DNA from: Camelus ferus
Lineage: Eukaryota
Assembly: GCF_009834535.1 (NCBI RefSeq)
Contig: NC_045697.1
Span: 68,884,001 to 68,948,000, forward strand
Reading direction: 5' to 3'
Length of the DNA: 64,000 nt
Shown: positions 25,125 through 38,753 of the stretch, piece by piece
How the letters are laid out: every line of letters starts with the position of its first letter
How positions within the stretch are numbered: position 1 is the stretch's first letter
Made by a program: the position numbers and the translations under genes
The notes under the pieces: generated by a model
What the model was told of the DNA's origin: nothing
What the model saw: the letters and a program-made list of their open reading frames with translations, nothing else
Database searches by the model: none

Positions 25125-26655
25125 CAACCCAATACTTTTAAATGCAAGTGTTTCATACTGAAAAAAAAGACAGTACTAAAAAGGAGTTTCCAGATGCAGT
25201 GAAGACAAAGATAAAAGAGGAAAATGTAACTTAGATGAAAGTAATTGGTAGAGCAACTCATCTTCCTTTAGAGCAGATCTCCATCATCTTTTTTCACTAC
25301 AAACATGAAGTATAATATATACATACGCATTGTTATGGGAACCATCAGAGATCTGCATTGTCTTTTCCTAGTAGCTACAATATACTGACAGAAATAACTA
25401 TGAATCCATTCTGAATATCTCTAAGCTAAAAAGCTTTATATTGGTAATAAGTTACTTAAGACATACTTCACAGTGGATCCAAAGGTGCATACAAGTATGA
25501 CTCACTTGAGAAATATAACACAACCCTAAAATTCCTCAAGATGAGAAATAATCTATTAAAACAATACACTTATTTAACAATTATGAGAGTCTCTTAAATG
25601 TCAAGACACTGCTAGATAATTTTAAACTGTCTTTTGAACTTTAAGTTACAAAAAATCTCACAGACCATGATGCTAACTTTGATGCCATCTCTCAGATTCA
25701 GTCAACTGATGTCTCAGAAAAAAGTAAGTCCATTCCTGAATGGCTCTTACTAAATTAATCTAGTTCCTATGATTTCCTAGATATTCACAGCTATATTAAC
25801 GTTAACTAGCATTGCATTTATACTTCCTTTAAATTAGTTCATTCTAATCTTGTACCAGTTACTTCACCATTAAAAACATTATAAATGAACTCCTGGCATT
25901 GTGCAACTAGTAGAATTTCATTTCAGCAAGCAATGCTACTTCTTCAGTTGACTGGCTACATTTCAAAACCTGGTTGATGATCCTGTTTTGTTAATTTGTT
26001 ACTAATAATATCTTACAATGACAGTCCAATTTCTATAAAAATTTATTTTAACAATACTTATACACACAAGTCTAAATTTTTTAATTTTAAATTTCACTTT
26101 GATCTTTTAAGTAAACTTAATCTGAACCAAATAGTTAAGTACACATTTTTAAATTTCAGCTGCTTTACTTACTTTAATTTATTCAATATTAGCTATTTAT
26201 AAAAGTGGAAATTTATGGAAAAAATGGAAAAATTTATATCAACACAGTTAAAATACAGATTAACAGAGTAAAAAATGTCACTGAAGCATCTTAAGTTTCA
26301 AGATAGATTCAAATTGAAAAGGGAAAAAGTTTGCACTTATGAGTAAACTGAGTTGAACCTAAAGTAAACCTACTTTATATACAACACAAGTCAATTTTTC
26401 TATATGTCCTAAGAATGAATGCTCTCTGACCCTCTAGGAGATGTCTATGTAATGTTTTCCTACAGAGCAATGTTATACTTCTGTTTAGCTTCAAGAATTT
26501 CATTGAACTTCAAAAATATGGAAGTATACTACATGAAGATGTTAGAGCAGGCTACCGGGTACCTCTCTCAGGTCCTAATGTAATGTTTTTGTTATGCAAT
26601 CTCTTCTATGATTCCTAGATTATAAAAACATTTAGTTATAGAGGAGCCTTCTTAC

Positions 26656-26748
26656 CATATCTGATGGTTTAGTAGTTCTTTCTGTTCTTGATAAGAAAGC
26701 AGCATATTGGTTAGTCAAGTTAGATAGTTCATCAGAAGTTCCACTGAC
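26656..26748 (-). CDS. STPG2: STPG2 internal coding exon (93 bp, phase 0-0): VSGTSDELSNLTNQYAAFLSRTERTTKPSDM
   Basis: Boundaries are ttcacag|GTC ... GATATG|gtaaga. It matches recalled human ISDELPNLTNKYAAFLSRAKRTMKVPDM. The acceptor position is inferred. Confidence 0.88.
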
Positions 26749-28559
26749 CTGTGAATTCCAAAAAACATGTTGAAAGAAGGAGTAAAAGGTATATATCATT
26801 TATTTTTATCAATACAAGGTGCACTATAAATAAGTCTGCAATGAACCTCATTAGCATTGCTCTGTCGTTAAACAGAGAGACATATATTCATTTTTAAAAA
26901 TTTAATGATTCATAATAAAAGACTTTAAGTCAACAAGATATTAAAATGGAAAAAGGGTTGATTATATGAACCTCTAGAAAAGTAAATAGATCTGCATACA
27001 TTATCTAAATATATTGGGGGCAAGTTATTAGCTATACTGTAATGTCAAATTCTGACAACAATTCCTGTTCAGTTTCCTAACTACTAGGTTGTAATCTCAA
27101 TAATATGTATTTGGTCAATTACATAGTATTATTTGTCAATACTTACTTATAAATACATGAAATAGAAATATATGCACAATAACTATTTAAATTGATTAGG
27201 TGGCAATCCTGGGTTAATAAATACTCTTCCTACGTAAAATGATCCAAACTCTCTTACATATCATAATTTGTTATACGTACTGAAGATATAAACAAATAGA
27301 CTAGAGAATGCTGGTAATCTAAAAATTTAATTAGCAATTAGTTAATCCTTGTGATATTATACTCCTTCTGATTTATTATACAATTTAGCCATTTGTATTC
27401 ATTTAATAATTTAAACCATAGAACCAGCAGTACCATTCTTTATATATACAAAAGGGATGATAATTTATTTTCCCACTTTATATACTTCACTGTTTTTATT
27501 TCAGAATTTGATTTTCATATTTAATACTTCAGAATTTAACACCTGGTAGGATATTTAGGTATTTCTTTGTTAATTTTTTGAGGAACACTAATCTACTAAA
27601 AAATCCATCTCTCACATACTGTATCTTTGAAAGTATGTGCTTTGCTACCCTAAATGCTGAAGTTGGTGCTTCTCCACTCTTTTCTTCATGATATTATTCA
27701 TACCTAGTCACTCAAAAGAAAATAGATTCTACCACTTTCAAAAACAGAAAAATCACAGTTCACATTTTGTAAAATGTGGAATCTTCCGAATATCTATGCC
27801 AGCATTATTATTTCATGTGATTTTTGTATTTATTGAAGCTGAAAAATAATTTGTCTTCATGAAAACTTTATTATTATCATATGCGGTATTAGAAATTATG
27901 AAATAAAGACATTCAAAAGCATTTTTGTCATTTTTACTGTGTAGGGGTAGAAGTTAACAAGTTCAAGGAATGAACTGCTCATTGGATGACTCTAGCTTTA
28001 GAGGGAATGAGTAGTTTACAGAAGACCACATTCTTACCAAATAAATCCATACAAAATATAACAATAAAATCCAGATTTTTTATTTGTTATAAATGACTTA
28101 TTTGTTAAAATCCAGGTTATAATATAACAAAATTCTATTTTTAAAGGCTTCATAGAGTTGTGGATGCTTCCAGCTCTATGAGCTGTCAGCATAGACAAGA
28201 AGGACTAAGATTCTGAACACGATAGAACATCTGAAAGGTTAGTTATCCATTTGCAGGTGCTTTTTTCCTGGGATATTTGCTGATGACAGGCAACAGAGAA
28301 AGAATCTGGGTTTAGGTCTGGCAGAGGGCTGTTTTTAAGGAACTGGAAAATAAGCTTATTGTGGTCTTGTTAGGCCACATGACAAAACTGCAGATTTGAG
28401 AAGCCTCAAAACATATGGTCTATTTCTGCATTAAGATGTCTGCAAGGGGATTAGGAGTAGGGTGATGCCAAAATTCTAAGCTAAAACTCTAAAACACAGA
28501 GTCATTAAAGATCAGAGTTCAGAACATGGTGGTGGGGGTGTTTAACAAAACATTTCAGG

Positions 28560-29900
28560 ATCACAGTTGAAATCCTCAGAGGACTAACCTTTACAAAATG
28601 AACAAATCAGAGGTAAACTAAGCCCTAGAAAAATTGTAATCACCACAATCCATGATTAGGCTAAGGTAATCTCTTTTGACTTCTATCTGCTTTGCAAAGA
28701 AAAGTATGAAGTCTCTCTAGTAGAAGATAATGCCATTTAGAGTCTCTATATTATACACAATATCTAGTATTCTATTAAAAATTATGACTGAAGCATTGTG
28801 CTGTACACCAGAAACTGACATGACATTGTAAACTGACTATATGTCAATAAAAACATATATGAAAAATTATGGGACATGCCAAAAGATAGATATGAGTGAT
28901 CAAAAACCAAGAGAAAAAATAATAGAAAATAACAACTGACCCACAGGTGATCCAGATACTGGAGCTAGCAGACAGAACTTTAACTGTGATAAATGTGTTC
29001 AAGAAAACACAGGAAAAATTTGAAAAAACAAACAAAAACCTGAAACCATAGAGAATTCCTCCTAAGAAGTTAAATCATAAGAAAGAATTAAATAGGCATT
29101 CTAGAACTAAAAAATAGAATATCTGAAATTAAAAACTGAATAGATCAACTTAATAGCATTTGAAACAGCTGCAATAAAAATTCAGTGAACTGAAAGATAG
29201 CCCTGTAGGAAATATTAAAATTGAAGCATAAAGAGGAAAAAGGAGACATAATACAGAGTGCTTATAATATGTGCTTGGATCATAGGTAAATAAGTGTAAC
29301 GTATATATTTATTATTGTTCCAGAAAGACAGGCAGGGAAGAATGTGACAGAAGAAATATATGAAGATATAATAGTCAAGAATTATTTAAAATTGATGAAA
29401 GACATCAACCCAGAGATTCAAAGGCTCACAAACCTCAAGCAATATAAAGAAAACTATACTCTTGATACATAAAAGACAAAGATCAAAAATAATAATAATA
29501 ATAATAGTAATAACTTTTAAAAGGGAAACTTTCAATAATTTCAATAACTGCTTTCAAAAGGGAAAGTTAGCATTATTGGGAAAGTGGTTAAAATAATCCT
29601 GTTATTTGAACTGCAAAAAGGATGCAAAAAAAAGGATGCATATTGTAATTATTATAGCAACCAATAAAAGAAGAGTAAAACAATGCATAACTGAAAATAT
29701 AATAGAGGTAGATAAATGGAATAATATAAAATATTTGATTAACTAAAAAAAGGTGAAGTAAGAAAAAATCTAAAACAAGTGGGCTAACAGAATATATGAG
29801 ATAATATGGCTTATATACACACAAATATATCAGTAATCACATTAACTATAAATGGACCAATAGTACTGTTAAACACAAAGTTTATCAGACTGGATTTTCA
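28560..29900 (+). mobile_element. Old L1M ORF1/inter-ORF fragment
   Basis: Contains ccagatactggagctagcagacagaacttt...attctagaactaaaaaatagaatatctgaaatt and atatcagtaatcacattaactataaatggac (ORF2 start-like). Confidence 0.7.
28787..28861 (+). mobile_element. Very short 5'-truncated young L1 3' end
   Basis: Contains tgctgtacaccagaaactgacatgacattgtaaactgactatatgtcaataaaaa, the same family as 4834-5027. The TSD aaaaattatg lies at 28777-28786 and 28862-28871. Confidence 0.82.
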
Positions 29901-30009
29901 ACACTCAGAAGTGTTTGGGGTATGTCTTTTATTCTTGATTATAGTTTGTCAAATTTTATATAAACTACTAGTGGCTAAGTTATACCTATACACAGTTTTT
30001 AATTGTCAA

Positions 30010-31445
30010 TAATATATTATAGCACATCTTCTTTATCCATTCATCTTTATATACACACAGGTTGATTCCATATCTCCGCTATTGTGAATAATGCAGCAAC
30101 GAATGTGAGACAGCAGACATTTCTTCGATATACTGACTTCATTTCCTTTAGAAATATAATCAGAAGTCAGATTGCTAGATTATATGGTAGTTCTATTCTT
30201 AATTTTTTCAGGAACCTCCATACTGTTTTCCACAGAGGCTGTACCAGTTTACATTCCTACCAACAGTGTACAAAGGTTCCTGTTTCTCCACATTCTCACC
30301 CACACTTATCTCATCTTTTTGACAATATTCATTCTAACAGGTGTGAAGTGATACTGCGTGGTGATTTTGATTTGCATTTGCCTGGTGATTAGTGATGTCG
30401 AGCATTTTCTCATATACCTGTTGGCCATTTGTATGTATTCTTTTAAGAAATGTATTTTCAAATCCTTTGTCCATTTTTAAATCAAACTGTTCATTTTCTT
30501 GCTATTGAGCTGTTGGAGTTTCTTACATATTTTGGATAATAACCTCTTTTCAGATGTATGGTTTGTAAATATTTTCCCATTCACTGTTGATTGTTTCCTT
30601 TATTGTACAGAAGGTTTTTAGTTCAATGCAATTCAACTTGTCTATTTTTGCTTTTGTTGGCTGTACCTTTGAAGTCATATATAAAAAAAATTATTGTCTA
30701 CATCAATGTCAAGATGATTTTCCCTATGTTTTCGTCTAGTAGTTTAACAGTTTCAGGTCTTACATTTTAGTCTCTAACTCATGTTGACTTGATTTTTCAA
30801 GATAAAAATAAAAGTTCCATTTTATTCTTCTGCATGTGGATATCCAGTTTTCCCAGCACCATTCATTGAAGAGACTGTCTTTTCTCCACTATGTGTTCTT
30901 GGCAGAAAATGTATGGATTTCTGAGGCTTCCTATTCTGTTCTGATGGTCTATGTGCCTGTTTTTATTGTTTTTATTACCATAGCTTTGTAGTATATTTTG
31001 AAATCAGGTAGAGTGATGAGTCCAGTTTTGTTCTTTTTTGCTCAAGATTGCTTTGGCTGTTTGGGGTCTTGTGTGGTTCCACATGAATTTTAGGATTGTT
31101 TTTTCCTGTTTCTGTGAAAAATGCCATTGGAATTTTGATAGGGATTGCACTGACTCTGACTATCACTTTGGGTAGTATGGACATTTACACAGTATTAATT
31201 TTTCTAATCCATGAACATAGAACATCTTGCCATTTATTTGTGTCTTTTTCAATTTTTTTCATCATTGTTTTATAGTCTTCAAGTGTACAGACCTTTTTCC
31301 TCCTTGGTTAAATTTATTACTAAGTATTTTTTAAGCTATTGTAAACAGGACTGTTTGCTTAATTTCTTTTTTGGAAAGTTTGTCATTAATGTGTAAAAAT
31401 GTGATTGATTTTCTAATGTTAATTTGTAGCTTGCAACTTTACTAA
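30010..31445 (-). mobile_element. L1 ORF2 3' region/3'UTR fragment
   Basis: Track ORF 30975..31184 (AIPIKIPMAFFTE) plus typical antisense L1 text (ggaacctccatactgttttcca; gttggccatttgtatgtattc). Confidence 0.9.
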
Positions 31446-31677
31446 GAACAACTTAAAATTTTGCAAGAAATTATGAAAATCTCATGTTGTGAAATTTTAA
31501 CAATTTGTTTAAATAAAAACAGAAACTATTGAACTTCATTCACTTCCATTTTTCTGATATGCCTATAAATCTGCAGCATCACTCAAAGATTAGTGACGAT
31601 TTCACAGCTGTTCTTTCATTAGAATGAGATGTATTTCAGCTACATTTTGAAGTTTTTAACTAATTTAAAGCACTAGG

Positions 31678-31786
31678 GTGCTCACTTTGACAACATATAT
31701 ACTAAAACTGGAACCATACAGATATTAGCATCCTGTACGAAGATGGCGTGCAAATGTGTGAAGCGTTTCATTAAAAAAATTTTTTT
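31678..31786 (+). pseudogene. RNU6: U6 snRNA retro-pseudogene
   Basis: gtgctcactttgacaacatatatactaaaactggaaccatacaga...ttagcat...caaatgtgtgaagcgtttcat aligns to full-length U6 with small deletions. The TSD aagcactagg lies at 31668-31677 and 31787-31796, at a TTT/AAAG L1-endonuclease-type site. Confidence 0.92.
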
Positions 31787-32789
31787 AAGCACTAGGGTAC
31801 ATTCTAGCATTACCACCATAAGCATCCTAGGATTCAATTTCCTATAAACCATGTGTGTTCCACACTTTCTGGGTTGAAAATCATTTTCTCTGATAGGAAG
31901 GACCAATCCAATTCAGTAATTCAGTGGTTCTACTGAATTATCTAATCTGTTGTTAATCACAGTGTACTTTTTTCCATGATGCACTTGTCATCTCTAGAAC
32001 TTTAATTTGTGCCTTTTTATTTGTTCCATTTATCTACTTAATATGTTCAATCGTTTGTCTACCTTCTTGAATATACAGAATATAGTTATAACTGTTCAAT
32101 GTGCTTGTCTACTAATTTTATTATCTGTATAATTTCTGGGTCTCTTTATATTGATTAATTTCTTTCCTGATTCTAGGTTGTATTTTCCTGCTCCTTTGCA
32201 TACCTAGTAATTTTTTTTATTATTTAATGCTACACTCTGTGAATTTTACCTTATTAGGTTCTGGATATTTTTTAATCCCTATGAACATTATTGAGTTTCG
32301 TTCTGGGATGCACAAGCTCAGTACAACGAAACATATATACATAAAAGACAAAACCAATGGAGAAAAAAAGAAACTGCCATTCACAGAGGGCATAAAAGTG
32401 CTTGAGGAAATTTTTTTAAACTAATAATAAATTAGTAGAATTAATCATTTAATATAGCAAGAAGTTTGGATCATTGGTAACAAATCTTTAACAAAGACTA
32501 TAATATTTCTTTATATCAATAACAGAAAGCTAAACAACGAAAATATTTTAAAGATAACATTTCAATAGCATTAGAAAACATCAAATACCAAGGAATAAAT
32601 CTAACAAAGATGAGTAAGACATCTATACAAAAATTATAAAACCTCAAAGAACATTTTAAAAAGAGCTAATTGAAAGAAAATCTAAATTTACTGTCAGAAA
32701 ATAGTGGCATAATCTTAAAATAAACAAGTATTTAAAGACATACATATGAGATTCTCAAAGAGATAAAGAATAAGATCTATTTAAAAGAA

Positions 32790-33315
32790 ATTACACTGAT
32801 ACTGGCGAGTTCCATTTTAGAATTCTCCTTCCAGCTCACTAGCACTGGGACACGGCCTGGCCCACCAGTCTGTTGACCTCAGTCCAAGCAACTATCTGGG
32901 CAGAGACATAGCCCCACCCACCAGCAGGCCTGCTGCCTTAAGACCTTCTGAGCCCAAAGCCATCCCAGGACCCATCCCTCTCCACAAGAGGGGCCAGGAC
33001 CAGTCCTTGCACACCAGTGAGCCTCCACTAACATGGGGAAACCCACAGCTCTGCAGCCAGAGACCCAAAGTCCAGCTCATACCCACCAGTGGGCCAGCAC
33101 TAGCCCCAGGACCAGCCTCACCCACCAGTGGGTAGACAGACTAACCTTGGGACCAGCAGGACCCTATAACCAAACATCTTAGGACCAGTCTCTGTCTACC
33201 AGCAAGCTGGCACTATCCCCCAGAATGCCTGCCTTGAACCTGCCCACCAGTGAGCCAGCACCAGCTCTAGGATTCCCAAAGCCCTACAGCTATAGACCCA
33301 GAGACCTTGCTCTTG
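32790..33315 (+). mobile_element. GC-rich segment resembling an L1 5'UTR, with recurrent cccaccagtg motifs
   Basis: An abrupt GC-rich block with repeated cccaccagtg(g/a)gccagcac units (about 33082, 33121, 33244). Confidence 0.55.
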
Positions 33316-33632
33316 AGTGTTAGTCTGGAAATTTGGGATGGAAGAAAGACTCGTATTTTTCAACGCAAATGCATTTATTGATATGAAGTTTCTTTACCAA
33401 GTATGTGCCTGTTATTTTTCATAACAGACCTTAATAAATCAAATAACAGTCTCACTAAATAAAAAATAAAATTTAATTTTTGTTCTTATGCCATAGGTGA
33501 CCATATGTAAATAATTTCAACAATATTAATATGGCTTATAACAATGAGGCATATATATCACATGTAATTTTTTAAACCCTAAATTCTTAGGATTAGACAT
33601 AAAGAACATAATTTATGGTATTCACATATTAC

Positions 33633-33793
33633 CTGATAATCAGCAGGCCCAGGAGTAGTAAAAACTTCCTTCTGAATCAGGAAGAAAGTCCGAGGAACAG
33701 AAGAACCAAATGCACTTTTCTTTTGTTTCTTCAAGTAGGTATTACTAAAGTTGTCAATTAAAGTATTGTTTAGGATATTATAAAACCCAGGAC
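33633..33793 (-). CDS. STPG2: STPG2 internal coding exon (161 bp, phase 1-0): (G)PGFYNILNNTLIDNFSNTYLKKQKKSAFGSSVPRTFFLIQKEVFTTPGPADYQ
   Basis: Boundaries are cttttag|GT ... TATCAG|gtaata. It lies within track ORF 33579..33815 and matches recalled STPG2 motifs PGFYN, KKQKKSAFGSSVPRTFF and TPGPADYQ. Phase is compatible with both neighbouring exons. Confidence 0.95.
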
Positions 33794-33899
33794 CTAAAAG
33801 TATGAAGAATATCATATATAAGAATAAACATGCTTTTAATTCTTTTAAACTGAGTAACTTTAAATTAAGTAAGTAATTTTATTTTAGAAAGAATTATCT

Positions 33900-34430
33900 T
33901 ATATTGGCTGGCAGGAATGCAAAGTGGTCTGCTACTCTGAAAAACAATGTATCAAAGTCTTATAAAGTTAAACGTATACTTTCCATATGACCTAGAAATT
34001 GTACTCCTAGGTATTTCCCCAAGAGAAATGAAAACAACCCAAATGTTCGATGTGAATGGATGAACAAAATGCACCATCCCCAAATAATAGCATAGTAAGA
34101 ATAATAAAAACACAAGATAAATGCAACAACATGAATGAACCTCAGAAACATCATATTAAGTGAAAGAAGACAGACACAAAATCCTAAATAATGTGTGGTT
34201 CCATTTAAACAAAATTCCAGAAGATGCAAAAATCACAGAAACACTTAACAGTTACCCAGGGCCAAGAGCTGGGGAGAGATTAACTGCAAAGGGCCATGAG
34301 AGGACTTTCTAAAAAATAATGGAAATGTTCTAACACTTGACTGTAGTGATTACCTGAGTATATACATTTACCAAAACTCATCCAACTATACTTTAAATGA
34401 ATTATTTTTATTGTGTAAATTATCCTCAGG
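33900..34430 (+). mobile_element. Old L1 (L1MC/ME-like) 3'UTR
   Basis: Contains catatgacctagaaattgtactcctaggtattt...atgcaacaacatgaatgaacctcagaaacatcatattaagtgaaagaagacagacac. Confidence 0.8.
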
Positions 34431-34947
34431 AAGGAAGAAGGAGAGACAGAAAATTCTTGATGCCAAAAAGCATTGAAAAGTTGATGCAGCAACATTAAAA
34501 ATCAATTTGGAAAAGAAAAAAATCACCTATCATCCAATCTTCATATCACGTAGTTATTTTAATTTTGCCTGTTACATTTTAGTGCACATTTATAACCAGG
34601 AATATTTTCCACAGTGGCAATACAAGTGAATAACATTGTTTTCATTCAAACCAATACAAACAACACTTTTTGCCATTGAATAAAGTAATCAAGACATTCA
34701 GATATTTGAAGCAGAGATTTCTATATGTTTTATTACTCAGTATTTTCAAAAAATCAGTTCCAGTGACCAGCAACATGTCTAAAATGCAATATAATATACT
34801 TGAAAGAACACTTGAGTAGATTGTACTCATGTTTTCTGGATTCCACTAAATTAGATCTGCAACAAAATAGATATGAACCATCACTTAAATCTCGTTTGTT
34901 TCTCTGGGCTTCAAGTTCCTGTCTAAATATAATAAGAATTTATTAGG

Positions 34948-35171
34948 TCAATGCTACTCAAAATGTGGGGTGAACTGCTACCTGTCCAAGAACAATCTAT
35001 AAGAAAAGGAGCTTCCAACTAAATGTAAATTGACTATTTCACTAAACATTTTGTAACTGTCTTTCCCCATGACGGAAGTATGGTGTTGCTTCTTTACATT
35101 CTGGCTCAGTGTCATTTCTCATTGTAGGCAGGAAACAGACGGTTGACAAGGGGGCACTTTGAGTAGCATGA
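34948..35171. mobile_element. hAT-Charlie MITE (MER5C-like)
   Basis: Terminal inverted repeats atgctactcaaa ... tttgagtagcat. Confidence 0.65.
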
Positions 35172-36079
35172 GGCTAGATGATACTTTAGGTTCCTTCTGG
35201 ATTAAAGGTATCAAGTCGTTCTATGTAGTCAAATCCTCTGTACTCCTAATATATACAAAGTTTTTCTCAAAGAAGCTGCCTACAAACTCTTCCCAATTTT
35301 TCAAATATTCTAGTTCTAAAGTCTATTCCCCAAAAGTCTGTATCAAAAACTCACTGTGTCAACTTTGAGAAAACCTGAATACTAACACATTTTATTTCTG
35401 CCATCTTCCAATGTTCCTCCACTGGTAATGTTTGGGGAAAAGATAACTAGAAATCAAAATGAAAATTATTTGGGCCATCATTTAAGGGAATTAAAGGACA
35501 AATATCTCAGATTTGTCTCTCTTCTGGCATGGGAAGACAACATAATACATGACAGGTAAGCTTAAGTACTTATATGGGGCCCTCAAGGTGTGCACATCTC
35601 AGTTACTACCTTGTTAAGGTTATGATTTGAAAAGTCACCCTGATCACTATAAATCATTCACATTTAGAGGTTTTTTATATTCACTTCCCAGTTATTAAGT
35701 GTAGAAATGCCCAGGAACCCTATTGTTAGACAGTTTAGGGATGCCTTCTAGTAGTAACCTGCAACAGCTCTGAGCTATATATGAGGTGGTCAAATCTGTT
35801 CTATGAATGATGGGTCTAATTCATTACTGTACCCTAATATCTACATGGGAAAAAAATAATGTTCCATGAAGCCCATTCTCACTAATTCTTAAAATATGTA
35901 AGATCAGGATTAGATTTTAGAGATCATCGTAATTCAACTTTATCCTTAAAAATAAAATAACCTTTGGGGAATTTATAAAACTTTATTCACAATACATTAG
36001 ATCATCAAATTAAGAACAAGGCCCAATGTTAAGGCAGTTGAGTCACTCAAAATATTCATATTTTGAAATAATTTATAGT

Positions 36080-38130
36080 TCAGATTCGTAACAGACACTA
36101 CTGAGCCAGGCTCTTCTGGGGTGGTGCCTAGCCCTTACACAAGACTTCTCCAGCATGGCAGTCTTAGACTAGGCAGACTTCTACACAGAGCCCCAAGATC
36201 AAGTGTTTCTCTAGGCCCAGGTACATGCTGTTAAGCTTATGCCTTTGCCTGAGAAGTGGTAGAAAATCACTTCCACTGCATGTTATTGGTCAGGAAAGCC
36301 ATCAGACTAGCCAAGATTGAAGAGGGAGAAGAATAAGACTCAACCCCTCAATGGCAAAAGTAGTAAACAATTTTATCCCAGGAGTACAGTATTACCATAA
36401 AAAATCACCATATCAAAACTTACGGCAATGGTCTCGGGTCAACAATGGGCCAGAAGCTGAAACAATTCAAGACTTAGAGAAATGGCCTTGAGGAGTCTAT
36501 TGGTAATGGCTTAAAAAGAGTGATAAAAATGTTACGGAGGTTGGAGAAAATATAATTTGTATTTTATAATGGCAGAAAGTTTAGCAAAACTAATACTTGG
36601 GATAATGAAGAAAATACCTAATAAATTAGTGGCTTCTAACTAAGGAGATTTCTAGGCTGAATATCAAAAGTGCCAACTAGTTGCTTTGAGCTGTGGTGTG
36701 TGAGAAGGTTTGGATAGGAAGAAATAGGCCAAAACTGTTCAGTTTTCATACAGAATTTATAGGATATAAAAAAGATTTTCTGGGTTTGAAAGTAAAACTG
36801 TTTTTCATCCCCAGTCTCTCCACACAGCAAAAAGCTCTCAAAGCAAGAAATGGCTTGAGATCAAATCCAGGGTTTGGTTATAAGACCCTTTGTTAAGACC
36901 CCAAAAAGATTTAAGATAGTACCTCATAGACTGACTCAGTTAAAGAAAAGAGCCCCTAAGAATGTTAAGGCCATATGTCACAGACCCTCTAAGCTAAAAC
37001 GACAGTGTCCCTAAGAATCTAAGAGTACTGAAACACAGCAACACTAGAGGCAACCCAAAGAGGACAAAGGCTTTTCTAAAAAGTACATGTGAGTGTGGCT
37101 TTTGTCCAGTGTATCTGATTATAAATTAATACAATGAGAAACCTATAAAATTTTTATAAAGAACTGAGCCAACTTGGAATGAAAGAGACAACAGTACAAA
37201 ATTATAAGCGGCTCATAGACCCCTGATCTTCTCTGGACAGGAAGCAGGCTAAGAAAACTCCAGCTGAAAACACAGCCTGTTTCTTACAGAAGAGGAAGGA
37301 TGATTCAAAGTATGAAACCAAGAACCCAAAAGATAGAACAAAGGACCACAGAAAATCGTATTCCCAGGGAGCCCAAATGGATCCTGAAAAAGGAAATGGC
37401 AACATGTGCCTGGTTGGATTTCAGAATTGCCAGAGGCTATAGGCAACTGCTATTGGTCCCCAGTTTTCCCTTTTTTTTGAATAGGGGAGACTAATATGAT
37501 TATCCGATCTCTCCTCCACCACTATGTGTTGTATATATGGGGCAGATGACTTGTATCTGTAGTTCACAGCTCTTCTGATAGAAAAGAGAGATACCAAGAT
37601 GATCTAAATTATGACACCCAAGAATCCCCATGTGCACCTATGCCTGACTTAGGTAACAGGATTCTGGTCTTCAAGATTATATCATAACTGAATGAGTCTT
37701 TGGAGGCCTTGAGAAGACATGTAGGAAAAATGTAAATATTTAGTGACCAGAGGGTAATCTGTAGTAGATTAAAGATGGCCACAAATCCTTTCCCACCCCT
37801 GTCACTGAGAGATGAAGTTTCATGTCCTTCAATATATGCTACCCTGAGTCACTTGATTGACTAATAGAATGTGGCAGAAGTGATGTCCTGGGAGTTCTGA
37901 GGGTAGGTCAGAAGAAGCCTGTGGCATCCTGCCAGGTGTCATGGAGCCCTGAGCTACCATCTTAAAAAAGACCAGCTCCCCTGGGTTAGCAATGCTGGAG
38001 CTGTACATGCACTCTGATGACAGTCCCATCTGAACTCTGCCCTCCAGCCATCCCACAAAATAAGGAGATATAATAGGAAAAAAATCTGGTTTTTTAAGCC
38101 ACTAACTTTGTTACACACAACAGACAACCT
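36080..38130 (+). mobile_element. MaLR cluster: MLT1 LTR fragment, MLT1 internal sequence and an MLT1H-like LTR (about 37760-38130)
   Basis: Contains tgtagtagattaaagatggccacaaatcc...atagaatgtggcagaagtgatgtc...ttttaagccactaactttg. The internal part has ggcagaaagtttagcaaaac...ctaaggagatttctaggc. The first fragment may be in the opposite orientation. Confidence 0.7.
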
Positions 38131-38593
38131 GTATGTTAGTAATTATATATCCTTTTTGTGTTATAGTCTTAGATATATATAGAATCCCACTGTATTCTAG
38201 AATACTCACTGAGAATACTAGAACATGTGACTGGACATCCCAAAATATAATAGTAACAAAACTGAATGTCATAAGATATATTACTGGCAGTGACCGCATA
38301 GTTAATATATTATATATGCTCATCTATCAAGAGAAAATTAGGGAATTTACTGAATAAAGGAAAACAATAGAAAATCACAACTAAGAGATGTGACACGTTA
38401 AACTAAAACCTTCCTTAAATTGTTCGTTATTTTTATCTGTATTTAGTGTATAGTCAATGCTTTAAAAAATGTTGACTTAAAATGACAACACCACCCATAG
38501 AACAAAAAAACTGTACTTTGTGGCTCACCCATCTTGTTAAGAATGTTAGCTGCATAAGGCTAAAGAGCAGATACACGTGAATTAATTGCTAAC

Positions 38594-38753
38594 CTGGTAT
38601 TTTCTCTGTTCTAGTGTCCTGTGTGAATCGAGCAGCACATTGACCAAATGGGGTATTTTTCAGTCCTGCTATTTTTTTCAAGGGCTTGAAAGCAGTTCGA
38701 GATTCATTATATGTGCCAGGAGCTGGGGTGATTGATTTCAAAGGTACAAACCT
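38594..38753 (-). CDS. STPG2: STPG2 internal coding exon (160 bp, phase 0-1): RFVPLKSITPAPGTYNESRTAFKPLKKIAGLKNTPFGQCAARFTQDTRTEKIP(G)
   Basis: Boundaries are ttcttcactag|AGG ... ATACCAG|gttagc. The translation closely matches human STPG2 as I recall it (RFLPMKSITPAPGTYNEPRTALKSLKK...FGQSAVRFTQDIRTEEMPG). Confidence 0.93.

Noticed and set aside
33579..33815. 78-aa ORF as a stand-alone gene
   Set aside because: It is the 161-bp STPG2 exon plus flanking intron read in frame.
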